Notes under the pieces: generated by a model | Databases searched by the model: none | What the model saw: only the letters and a program-made list of their open reading frames with translations | What the model was told of the DNA's origin: nothing | NCBI GenBank assembly: GCA_002793915.1 | Contig: PFEF01000010.1 | Location: forward strand, 60,011 to 124,010 | Origin: Candidatus Ryanbacteria bacterium CG10_big_fil_rev_8_21_14_0_10_43_42 | GTDB lineage: Bacteria > Patescibacteriota > Minisyncoccia > Ryanbacterales > 2-02-FULL-48-12 | Direction of reading: 5' to 3' | DNA length: 64,000 nucleotides | Translations under genes and position numbers: made by a program | Shown: in pieces, positions 31,461 through 40,367 of the stretch | Numbering within the stretch: the first letter of the stretch is position 1 | Layout: each line of letters begins with the position of its first letter

Positions 31461-32876
31461 TTATGATCCGAATGTAGGGTAAACAAAAGATCCGTCAGTT
31501 CTGTCGCTAACATCCCATCCGGCCTCATTTATTTTTAAGCGTAATTGATCCGCCTCTTCCCAATTTTTTGTTTCGCGGGCAATATCGCGTTCTTTTTGTA
31601 GGGCTTTAATATTTTGGGGGATTTCCAATTGCGAATCCTTAATTTTTAGTCCAAGTATACTGTCAAATTCATCCAGTATTTTTATAATATCTTCATAATT
31701 ATTACCCGCCCCAGATCGCCAGTAGTCATGAATAAGATTCCAAACAGTACTAAGCGCGCTAGGTACATTTAAATCATTGTTTATAGAGTGTAAAAATTCA
31801 TCTCTATATTTTTTATAATCAACTGTTTCTTTTTGAGGAGAAGTATTCCATTCGTCCTTCAGCCACCGATAGAAGTTTACGAGACGCAAGCGTTCTGTTC
31901 GAGCGGCCTGTAGTGCTTCCCAGGAAAAACGCAGTTTTGTACGATAATGTGTACCGAGTACCAATAAACGGAAATCCAGAGGATCAAATCCTTTTTCTTT
32001 CAGGGTAGCGAGTGTAATGCCGGTACCTTCCGATTTTGCCATTTTTCCGTCTTTTAATTCCAAAAATTCTCCATGAAGCCAGTAACGGGCGAGTTCTTTT
32101 CCCGTTGCCGCTTCGGATTGGGCTATTTCGTTTGTGTGGTGTATCTGAATATGATCAATACCTCCACAGTGAATATCGAAGGAGGTGCCAAGGTATTTCA
32201 TGCTCATGGCGGAACATTCTATATGCCAGCCCGGAAAGCCGATGCCCCAGGGAGATTCCCACTCCATTTGACGTTTTTCTTCTTTTGGTGAGAATTTCCA
32301 TAACGCAAAATCGGTCGGATTCTTTTTTTCACGTTCATTTACGCGCATACCGGGTTGTATACCCGCAATGTTCTTTTTTGCCAGTATGCCGTAGTCCGGA
32401 AAACGGGATGTGTCGAAATAAATACCGTCTGATGTTTTGTAGGTAAACCCCTTTTTTTCGAGTGTTTGTATAAGATTAATTTGCTCGGTAATATGTTCCG
32501 TGGCGCGACACCATATTTGCGGTGGGAGAATATTTAAATCTTCATTATCTTGCTTAAAGGCATTTTCATACATACGCGCTATATCCGAAGCGGTTTTTTT
32601 TTGTTTGCGTGCTTCCTGTTCCACTTTATCTTCACCCGTATCTTCGTCCGATGTAAGATGGCCCACATCCGTTATGTTCATGACATGCTTTACGGTGTAT
32701 CCATTCGCTTTTAGTGTACGCTTGAGAATATCTTCAAAGATATAAGTCCGCAGGTTACCGATATGCGCGTAATTGTATACGGTGGGGCCACACGTATAAA
32801 GACCAACAGACCCCTTTTGGAGGGGTTTGAATATTTCTTTTTTTCGTATAAGCGTATTGTAGATAGTAAGAGGCAT
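31461..32876 (-). CDS. cysS: Cysteine--tRNA ligase
   Basis: [25 protein letters not shown]. Confidence 0.97.
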   Translation of the reverse strand: MPLTIYNTLIRKKEIFKPLQKGSVGLYTCGPTVYNYAHIGNLRTYIFEDILKRTLKANGYTVKHVMNITDVGHLTSDEDTGEDKVEQEARKQKKTASDIARMYENAFKQDNEDLNILPPQIWCRATEHITEQINLIQTLEKKGFTYKTSDGIYFDTSRFPDYGILAKKNIAGIQPGMRVNEREKKNPTDFALWKFSPKEEKRQMEWESPWGIGFPGWHIECSAMSMKYLGTSFDIHCGGIDHIQIHHTNEIAQSEAATGKELARYWLHGEFLELKDGKMAKSEGTGITLATLKEKGFDPLDFRLLVLGTHYRTKLRFSWEALQAARTERLRLVNFYRWLKDEWNTSPQKETVDYKKYRDEFLHSINNDLNVPSALSTVWNLIHDYWRSGAGNNYEDIIKILDEFDSILGLKIKDSQLEIPQNIKALQKERDIARETKNWEEADQLRLKINEAGWDVSDRTDGSFVYPTFGS

Positions 32877-32906
32877 GTATGGAGATAATGTGATAATACA
32901 GAGAAA

Positions 32907-33818
32907 TTATATCCATCCTCTGTGCCGGAAAAAGAAATACATTGTTACGATGCCTGCAAACATAATACCTATTATGATCCAGAAATCATGGGGAAGGCCC
33001 ACGATAGGAAATGTTTTTGTGTTCATTCCGAACAGGCTTGCAAGAAGAGTGAGTGGAAAGGTGATGAATGCCATAATGGTAAGATTTTTCGTAATTTCAG
33101 CCGTACGCATGGAAATAAGAGATGCATTTGTTTCATGTAATGCTTCGATGGTTTCTTTATGATTTTCAAGAATGTGCCATACACGCACATAATCACTTAC
33201 AATGCGGGTTATATACGGACGCATATCATTTCCGAAAAATAATATTCCTTCTTTTTCAAACGACGCCAGAATGCTTTCCTGCGGTTGCATAGTACGACGA
33301 AAATCAAGAATTTCGCGGCGCAATATAGAAATGTCTTCGATAAGATCCTGGCTGGGTTCTTTGAAAATACGGCTTTCCATGCGAGTGATTTTTTTATCCA
33401 TTGTCTCAAGTTCTGTAAGAGCATTGGTAAACAAATAGGAAAGTAAGTGGTACAAAAGTTCGCCGGGTGCGCCGGCGAGATATTGTTTCGCAATGCGTTT
33501 GTTGTTCGTTACGGTTTCTATAAATTCTTCCAGTGCCGGAATGACGTGGTATTGGGTTGTTATTAAGAAATCTTTTCCTATAAGGAAATCAATCTCCTTT
33601 CCATGATTGGAATCGTGATCGTTATATACGGGGAAGTGTAAAATAAGGTATAGGAAGTTATCGTATTGCTCTACCTTTGGGCGGAACGTCGGATGAGTAA
33701 GCTCATCCGCCAACAAAGGGTGAATATCATGCTTTTGAGCAAATGTTACGAGATCTTCTTCTTTAGGTTTTTTAAGATGTGTCCAAACGAACGCATCGCC
33801 ATGAATCGTTTTCGTCAT
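32907..33818 (-). CDS. corA: CorA-family Mg2+ transporter
   Basis: FGMN motif between two C-terminal TMs. Confidence 0.9.
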   Translation of the reverse strand: MTKTIHGDAFVWTHLKKPKEEDLVTFAQKHDIHPLLADELTHPTFRPKVEQYDNFLYLILHFPVYNDHDSNHGKEIDFLIGKDFLITTQYHVIPALEEFIETVTNNKRIAKQYLAGAPGELLYHLLSYLFTNALTELETMDKKITRMESRIFKEPSQDLIEDISILRREILDFRRTMQPQESILASFEKEGILFFGNDMRPYITRIVSDYVRVWHILENHKETIEALHETNASLISMRTAEITKNLTIMAFITFPLTLLASLFGMNTKTFPIVGLPHDFWIIIGIMFAGIVTMYFFFRHRGWI

Positions 33819-33949
33819 GTGGGTGCAGAGGTACGAATTCCGAAAAACGCTGTTTACGGTGACGTACCTAATTAATCATGGATAAGTTTTATACCTCTAT
33901 TATACGCAGTAGAGGCGTAGAGGCAATGGCAATGTTCGTTCATTGACTG

Positions 33950-35188
33950 ATGTCCTTTCATTTTGTCATAATGAGCCGTATGGAATTAGTGAGACGTATG
34001 CGTATATTGGTTATGGCGCTTGTTATTATAGGCGCCGGTTTTGGTTTTGGTGTATATGTTGGCGTTAGTCAGCGCCCGGCAATCGAGAAGGTGACAAGTG
34101 TATATAATAAGGAAACGGCAAAACCGCCGGAAGTTGATTTTACAGCCTTTTGGACAGCATGGAATATTTTGGAAGAAAAATATGTAGCGGGCGTTGAGAT
34201 TAATCGGGAAGAGCTTTTGTACGGTGCTATTTCCGGCATGGTAAAGGCAGTAGGAGATCCATACACGGTATTTTTGCCACCCGAAGAGAAGGAATTTTTT
34301 GACTCGGAAATTTCCGGAAAGTTTGAAGGTATCGGTGCTGAAATAGGAATCCGTAAAGGCATCTTAACGGTCATTTCGCCTCTTGCGGGTTCTCCCGCCG
34401 CCGCCGCCGGCCTCCTTGCCGGAGATCGTATTTTGCAGGTGGATGATGTTATTACATCAGACCTTACGCTAGATGAAGCGGTTAAACTTATTCGCGGCGA
34501 GAAGGGGACGATGGTGGCGCTTACTGTTCTTAGGGGAAATGAGGATGCTACTCGCACAGTAGAAATTACACGGGATACCATAAAGATTTCCATTATTGAG
34601 ACCGAACAGCACGATGGAGGTGTTTTTGTAATACGTCTGCATAGTTTTTCAGAGAATTCACCGGTAGAATTTCGTAATGCTCTCCAAAAAATGGCAGAGA
34701 GCGGGTCTAACCGGCTGGTTCTTGATTTAAGAAACAATCCGGGCGGATTTCTGGATGCCGCCGTTGATATTGCGAGTTGGTTTTTAGAATCGGGGAAAAT
34801 AGTGGCACGTGAACAATTTGGGGACAATTCCGAGCACGCGCACAGAAGTCGGGGATATAATGCTCTTGCTGATATTCCGGTGGTTGTTTTGGTTAATCAG
34901 GGATCGGCATCCGCTTCTGAAATTTTAGCAGGCGCGCTTCGGGATCAGAAAAATATTATGTTGGTGGGAGAAACAACATTTGGTAAAGGATCTGTTCAGG
35001 AATTAGTTCCGGTTACGAAAAACTCTTCGTTGAAAGTAACAATAGCCCGATGGCTTACGCCAAATGGCACGCTCCTTTCGGGTAACGGTTTGAGTGTTGA
35101 TGTGGAAGTTAAAATAACGGCAGATGATATTGAAAATATACGTGATCCGCAGTTAGACCTGGCTCTTGAATTGGTTCGGGGATTATAA
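33950..35188 (+). CDS. ctpA: Carboxyl-terminal processing protease (S41) with PDZ domain; true start may be slightly downstream
   Basis: DLRNNPGG, SASASEI, TFGKGSVQ. Confidence 0.92.
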   Translation: MSFHFVIMSRMELVRRMRILVMALVIIGAGFGFGVYVGVSQRPAIEKVTSVYNKETAKPPEVDFTAFWTAWNILEEKYVAGVEINREELLYGAISGMVKAVGDPYTVFLPPEEKEFFDSEISGKFEGIGAEIGIRKGILTVISPLAGSPAAAAGLLAGDRILQVDDVITSDLTLDEAVKLIRGEKGTMVALTVLRGNEDATRTVEITRDTIKISIIETEQHDGGVFVIRLHSFSENSPVEFRNALQKMAESGSNRLVLDLRNNPGGFLDAAVDIASWFLESGKIVAREQFGDNSEHAHRSRGYNALADIPVVVLVNQGSASASEILAGALRDQKNIMLVGETTFGKGSVQELVPVTKNSSLKVTIARWLTPNGTLLSGNGLSVDVEVKITADDIENIRDPQLDLALELVRGL

Positions 35189-35237
35189 TATTTTGGGTAC
35201 TTGAAATAAGGGAAAAAATAAGATACACTGGAAAGAT

Positions 35238-35687
35238 ATGAAGGTTATTCTCGAAAAAGACGTACCAAAAGTTGGCCGTGCCGGAGATATACGCAATGTG
35301 GCGGATGGGTATTTTCGTAACTTTTTGATGCCGCGCAGGCTTGCAAAAATAGCAACGCCGGCACTTGAAAAACAGGCGGAAGTGATACAAAAGCGGCGCA
35401 TCGGCGAGGATGAAAAACGAAAAGAAGAATATAAGATACTCGTAGAGAAGCTCAATACCGAAGAAATTCATATAGCAGAAAAAGCGAATGAGGAAGGTCA
35501 TTTATTTGGATCCGTGAGTGAGGATGATATTGTACGCGTTTTGCATGAAAGAGGATATAATCTTATAGAAAAGCATCATATTCTTTTAAGTGAGCATATT
35601 AAAACATCCGGCATGCATGAAGTGCCGTTGGAGTTTGCAGGGAATATTACCGGTGTTATCCGGCTAGTAGTCGATAAACTTGAATAA
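35238..35687 (+). CDS. rplI: 50S ribosomal protein L9
   Basis: MKVIL, GYFRNFL, LFGSV. Confidence 0.96.
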   Translation: MKVILEKDVPKVGRAGDIRNVADGYFRNFLMPRRLAKIATPALEKQAEVIQKRRIGEDEKRKEEYKILVEKLNTEEIHIAEKANEEGHLFGSVSEDDIVRVLHERGYNLIEKHHILLSEHIKTSGMHEVPLEFAGNITGVIRLVVDKLE

Positions 35688-37323
35688 TACACGTTACATT
35701 TTTGTGGTAGGGGGAGTTATGTCCGGCATTGGCAAGGGTATTACAACTTCCTCCATTGCAAAGATTCTACAGGCACGTGGATACGCCGTAACGGCACTCA
35801 AAATAGATCCCTACATTAATGTCGATGCCGGCACTATGAACCCCGTTGAACATGGGGAGGTTTTTGTCACGAAAGATGGCATGGAATGTGATCAGGATAT
35901 TGGCAACTATGAACGGTTTCTGAACCAGGATTTGTACGGATATAATTACATGACGACGGGGGCGGTGTATTTGTCGGTTATTACGAAGGAGCGCAATTTA
36001 GAATTTGACGGAAAATGCGTAGAGGTAGTACCTCATGTACCGGAAGAGGTAATACGTCGTATTGAATTCGCCGGACATAAAACAAAAGCCGATTTTGTTT
36101 TGATTGAAATTGGCGGCACGGTGGGGGAGTATCAAAACTTATTATTTCTTGAAGCGGGGCGTATGATGCGGCTTAAATATCCGGGAGATGTGCTTTTTGT
36201 GATGGTAAGTTATTTTCCCGTGCCAAGCATGATAGGTGAAATGAAGACAAAACCAACGCAGTATGCCGTGCGCTCTCTTAACACGGCAGGGATTCAGCCG
36301 GATATTATTATTGCCCGTTCCAGTATGCCGCTTGATAAGCCGCGTAAAAAGAAAGTATCCATTTTTTGTAATATGCAGGAACAGGATATTATTTCCGCAC
36401 CTGACACTTCCTGTATTTACGAGATTCCGCTTACGTTTGAGAAAGACAAGCTAAGTGATCGCTTGCTGAAAAAATTTAATATCAAAAAACCGCGTCGGGC
36501 AAAAAATGGTATGGATGAGTGGAAGCAGGCTCTTTGCGTAGCCCAGCGTGTTACAAGACCGATACGTATCGGTATTGTGGGAAAGTATTTTGGAACGGGG
36601 GCTTTTCTTCTTTCGGATGCGTATATATCCGTTATTGAGGCCTTAAAGAACGCCGCATGGGCGGAAAAGCGTGCGCCGGAGCTTGTATGGCTTAATGCCG
36701 AAACATATGAGGAACATCCTGATGCACTCGAAGAGCTTTCACAGTTTGACGGTATTGTTATTCCGGGCGGATTTGGAGCACGCGGTGTGGAGGGAAAGGT
36801 TGCTGTGGTGGAATTTTGCCGTAAAAATAATATGCCGTATCTTGGGCTTTGTTATGGATTACAGATGGCGGTAATAGAATTTGCACGGCATGTGTGTCGT
36901 ATGGCTGATGCAAATACAACGGAAGTCGATCCGGAAACGAAATATCCCGTTATCGATGTTATGCCGGAACAGGAGGAGAATATTAAGGAAAAAAATTTGG
37001 GCGGCTCTATGCGCCTTGGTTCCTATGCCTGTAAACTAAAAAACGGTACGCGTGCGGCAGACGCCTACGGACATGTGCGTGTAAATGAACGACATCGACA
37101 TCGTTATGAGGTGAATGATGTATATCGGGAACGTTTGGAGCGAAAAGGTCTCGTTGTGTCGGGTATAAATCCGGAGCGTGGGCTTGTTGAAATCATCGAA
37201 CTTCCCGATCATCCTTTTTTTGTGGCGACGCAATTTCATCCGGAACTGCAATCACGGTTTTTGGATCCGCATCCGTTGTTTCTTGCATTTATTCGTGCGG
37301 CTATCAAGAAAAGTTCCGCATAA
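35680..37323 (+). CDS. pyrG: CTP synthase
   Basis: [33 protein letters not shown]. Confidence 0.97.
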   Translation: MNNTRYIFVVGGVMSGIGKGITTSSIAKILQARGYAVTALKIDPYINVDAGTMNPVEHGEVFVTKDGMECDQDIGNYERFLNQDLYGYNYMTTGAVYLSVITKERNLEFDGKCVEVVPHVPEEVIRRIEFAGHKTKADFVLIEIGGTVGEYQNLLFLEAGRMMRLKYPGDVLFVMVSYFPVPSMIGEMKTKPTQYAVRSLNTAGIQPDIIIARSSMPLDKPRKKKVSIFCNMQEQDIISAPDTSCIYEIPLTFEKDKLSDRLLKKFNIKKPRRAKNGMDEWKQALCVAQRVTRPIRIGIVGKYFGTGAFLLSDAYISVIEALKNAAWAEKRAPELVWLNAETYEEHPDALEELSQFDGIVIPGGFGARGVEGKVAVVEFCRKNNMPYLGLCYGLQMAVIEFARHVCRMADANTTEVDPETKYPVIDVMPEQEENIKEKNLGGSMRLGSYACKLKNGTRAADAYGHVRVNERHRHRYEVNDVYRERLERKGLVVSGINPERGLVEIIELPDHPFFVATQFHPELQSRFLDPHPLFLAFIRAAIKKSSA

Positions 37324-37332
37324 TGGACAAAC

Positions 37333-37357
37333 AAAAACTCCACCTATGGAGTTTTTT
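37333..37357. terminator. Bidirectional terminator between pyrG and rpmA
   Basis: AAAAACTCCA-ccta-TGGAGTTTTT. Confidence 0.75.
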
Positions 37358-37389
37358 AACTTCTGTTCTTTTTCGGTTTTTACCTTTCG

Positions 37390-37662
37390 CTAAACAACAC
37401 TAATGACCTTGCGTTTTGTAACACTTCCATTAAAGTTCATTTTACGGCGTTCTGTAAATTTTACAATACCTTTTTTTATTGCAAACAAGGTAAAATCACG
37501 CCCCTGCTTAACACCCTCCCCGGCGAGGACACGTGATCCTGTTTGGCGATAAAGAATACTGCCCGGACGCGCTTCTTGTCCGTCCGAAAGCTTTACGCCG
37601 CGATATTTAGGCTGTGAGTCCCGGAGGTTATTTGTAGATCCACCCGATTTTGTATGTGCCAT
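37390..37662 (-). CDS. rpmA: 50S ribosomal protein L27
   Basis: MAHTKSGGS..N.RDSQPKYRGVK. Confidence 0.96.
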   Translation of the reverse strand: MAHTKSGGSTNNLRDSQPKYRGVKLSDGQEARPGSILYRQTGSRVLAGEGVKQGRDFTLFAIKKGIVKFTERRKMNFNGSVTKRKVISVV

Positions 37663-37697
37663 GGTTTATTGATACTATATACGGATATAAGATATAT

Positions 37698-38084
37698 ATG
37701 ACTGAAATGATACCAAATATAGGACGTAAGGTCAAGGAATTTGTAAGCAAAAAAGAAGGTGATATAATTCTCTTTTTAAGTGTCTTTTTAGGTATAATGC
37801 TCATTGCTGGCCTATTTTATATATACGGCGCGCAGGGGGAAAAATACCCCATACGCATGAGGGAAGTTTCCAGGGCAGTGGAGGAGGAGTCGGCTCTGAG
37901 GGCATATATTGCCGCAGAAGGTCTTTCGGGGCTTATAGCGGCAAGTAGTAAGGGTACACGTTATTATTACCCCTGGTGTGGGGGAGTTTCTCGCCTTTCC
38001 GAGAAAAATAAGATCTGGTTTGATACGCCGGAGGAAGCGGAAAAAGCCGGATATACTATAGCCTCTGGTTGCTCCGGACTTTAA
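37698..38084 (+). CDS. Membrane-anchored protein with a C-terminal Ada metal-binding-like domain
   Basis: TM segment, then ASSKGTRYYYPWC...NKIWFDTPEEAEKAGY...C. Confidence 0.72.
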   Translation: MTEMIPNIGRKVKEFVSKKEGDIILFLSVFLGIMLIAGLFYIYGAQGEKYPIRMREVSRAVEEESALRAYIAAEGLSGLIAASSKGTRYYYPWCGGVSRLSEKNKIWFDTPEEAEKAGYTIASGCSGL

Positions 38085-38289
38085 GTAAGAATTTCCTGTT
38101 TGACGCATTTCTGCGTTGCGACGGGAAAATCCTCAACGACGTATACTCTTACATTTTCCCTTCGCGTCTTGAACTGCATTCAAACAGAAAAATTCTCTTA
38201 TGTGGTCCAAGCTAGCTTTGATATAAGTAGAAAAATCACTGTAAAATAAGGTTTTTTTTGGAGTTTTACGAAGATCCCAGGGATTACTA

Positions 38290-38318
38290 TTGACATTTAA
38301 ATATAAATATGTTAGAAT
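38290..38318 (+). promoter_or_regulatory. Near-consensus sigma70 promoter
   Basis: TTGACA (38290-95), 17 nt spacer, TAGAAT (38313-18). Confidence 0.8.
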
Positions 38319-38653
38319 ACAGCCATCATTAAAAAAGGGGAGAGAAACCAATAATGAAAAGCGATGTTGGAGAACCTCTCCTAAGAGTATGTGAAAGCAT
38401 GTTCGTAATGAGAAGACTGCGCAAGCAGTAATCTTTATGAGGTTTTCCAACATCGCTTTTTGTATAGTTCTCGAAAGAATGATGGAGAGAGAATAACGAG
38501 TAAGGGTATTAATATATTATACGACCCTGATACTCACTATCTTCATCATTTTCTCTGGAATTAATCTGGGGAAATGTTCTTTAACCTCGCGGAACGATGA
38601 AAAAATTCCGCTTAACAAAAAACTAGCGTAGAAGCGCTGGCAGGAGGTGTTAA

Positions 38654-39031
38654 ATGACACAAAAAGCTATTCAATGGAATGGATGGTTCGTGTATACTAT
38701 CTCGGGGTTGGCTCGTGGAGATGCGAGCATTGCCGGAGACATGATATCCGGAGCGGATATTATGAATGTTCTTGAAGTGTTAGACGCCGCGAGGTTTTCG
38801 AGAACCTCGCGACGGGGATGGAAAACGATGGACCATCCCGATCTCGGGATGCTCCAGTGGAAGTCCGGTGTGGACTTCCGCACAACTGGTTGGTTTTTGT
38901 TTGTAAAAGTCAATGGTACATTGATTCTGAAGGCCTGGCCGGAGGCCGGGCACCAAAAGAAAACACCCATATTATGGGTGACGGGAACCAGTAGGGAGAT
39001 TTCGAATAAACTTGGATACTTGGAAAAGTAA
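38654..39031 (+). CDS. Orphan 125-aa Trp-rich protein embedded in the structured RNA
   Basis: SD AGGAGGT 5 nt before ATG; no recognisable domain. Confidence 0.55.
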   Translation: MTQKAIQWNGWFVYTISGLARGDASIAGDMISGADIMNVLEVLDAARFSRTSRRGWKTMDHPDLGMLQWKSGVDFRTTGWFLFVKVNGTLILKAWPEAGHQKKTPILWVTGTSREISNKLGYLEK

Positions 39032-39429
39032 AAAGTTTGTTCGAAAAAGAACTGGGGAAGCGTAAAAACCTTCCCCCTACAACTGAATTCATTTCCGAAG
39101 GGAGGTGGGTTCCGAGTAGGTGATGAGTTACAGGTTACGCGCTACAAGAAAAATGATCGGACAACAATTACTGCAGTATATTTTGATATATTCCCATATT
39201 CTTTTCTAATCTTCACGAGGTTAAACCTCGTGAAAGGAAAGATGAGGACTATAAATAATATACAAACATAGGGACATCATCTTATCCGGATAATTTTTTT
39301 AAAAACGTCGTTAGAGGGCTGTGAGTTTATGAGAGTTATGCGTTCAGATTCTCTCTCCTCGCATAATTCGTTCATATTGTTGGGGAAATGATATGACATG
39401 AGCTCGCAGCCCTTTGTCGGCTAAGAGAA

Positions 39430-39470
39430 TAAAACAAAAATCGGAAGCAAGACTTCCGATTTTTGTTTTA
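39430..39470. terminator. Perfect 18-bp inverted repeat, terminator
   Basis: TAAAACAAAAATCGGAAG-caaga-CTTCCGATTTTTGTTTTA. Confidence 0.8.
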
Positions 39471-39508
39471 CCTACTATCTACCGCATATCACGTGTTACT
39501 ATCTAATC

Positions 39509-40360
39509 ATGAATGCATTACTTCCTGTTGTGGCGGCTATCTTGCAATCGGTATCGTTTACGCTCGATAAAAAGATTTTATCTATGCGCCGGGTGGGGTT
39601 TCGTATGTATACGGGTGTTAGTATGCCGCTTATATTCGGTATAACGAGTATTATTTTTCTACTATTCCGGCCCCCCATTACATCGGAGTTATTTTCGGGA
39701 TACTTGCCGTTGTTTCTTATTATCTCGGTTGTTGGCACTGCTATTACCAATATATTCTTTTATCGAGCACTTGATGGTGATTCGCTTGGAGAAATAGAAA
39801 CGATAAGCCTTATAAATGCGATACCGGTATTAATTGTTTCAAGTATTCTTTTTGTCGATGAGCGTAATTTCTCTATTCTTATACCGGCATTAGTGGCGTC
39901 TAGCGCTGTGATTTGGGCGCATTGGCAACGGCATCATTTTCGTATGGTACGCGGTACCTGGTTGTTTTTTTTGTGGTATTTTATCTATGCGCCGGTGAGT
40001 GCAATACTTTCAAAAGAGCTTCTTTCAGTTTGGAATCCCATTGCTCTTGAATTGGTGCGGTCCGGTGTCTTAGCTCTTATATTTACTATACTTTTTTGGC
40101 AACAAGTAAGGCGTGTGCCGCGGAATGTTTTTTTGTTTCTTTTAGCCACAAATACATTAACGTCGATTAGTTGGATATTATATTATTATGGATATCAGCG
40201 TCTTGGCGTGGTATATACGGTTTTATTATTTTCCTTACAGCCACTGTTGGTATATGCGGCATCTATACTGTATCTCAAGGAAAAACCGCATCGCAAAAAA
40301 AGTATTGCGTTCGGTATCGTTCTTGTTTCCATTGCATACGCACAATTTTTGGCAAGGTAG
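39509..40360 (+). CDS. DMT/EamA-family transporter
   Basis: About 10 TMs in two repeats; FYRAL and LYLKEK motifs. Confidence 0.8.
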   Translation: MNALLPVVAAILQSVSFTLDKKILSMRRVGFRMYTGVSMPLIFGITSIIFLLFRPPITSELFSGYLPLFLIISVVGTAITNIFFYRALDGDSLGEIETISLINAIPVLIVSSILFVDERNFSILIPALVASSAVIWAHWQRHHFRMVRGTWLFFLWYFIYAPVSAILSKELLSVWNPIALELVRSGVLALIFTILFWQQVRRVPRNVFLFLLATNTLTSISWILYYYGYQRLGVVYTVLLFSLQPLLVYAASILYLKEKPHRKKSIAFGIVLVSIAYAQFLAR

Positions 40361-40367
40361 GGGAATG

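Larger units (their letters stand above)
38325..39470 (+). ncRNA. Candidate large, densely structured RNA of about 1.15 kb containing an ORF; family not recognised
   Basis: About 25 stems read by eye, including a 22-bp (38357-78/38439-60) and a 19-bp (39313-31/39397-415) helix, GNRA loops, and G-U pairs that work only on the + strand; bounded by a promoter and terminator. Confidence 0.65.

Noticed and set aside
33820-33950. Mg2+ riboswitch upstream of corA (short GTAGAGGC repeat and hairpin)
   Set aside because: Region too short and lacks M-box features
38133-38970. Minus-strand ORFs 38133..38453 and 38671..38970
   Set aside because: No SD or recognisable domains; promoter and wobble polarity point to the + strand
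38325-39470. Group I/II intron, tmRNA, RNase P or CRISPR array as the explanation for the structured region
   Set aside because: No host gene is interrupted; no domain V, tRNA-like ends or GAGGAAAGUCC motif; no regularly spaced direct repeats
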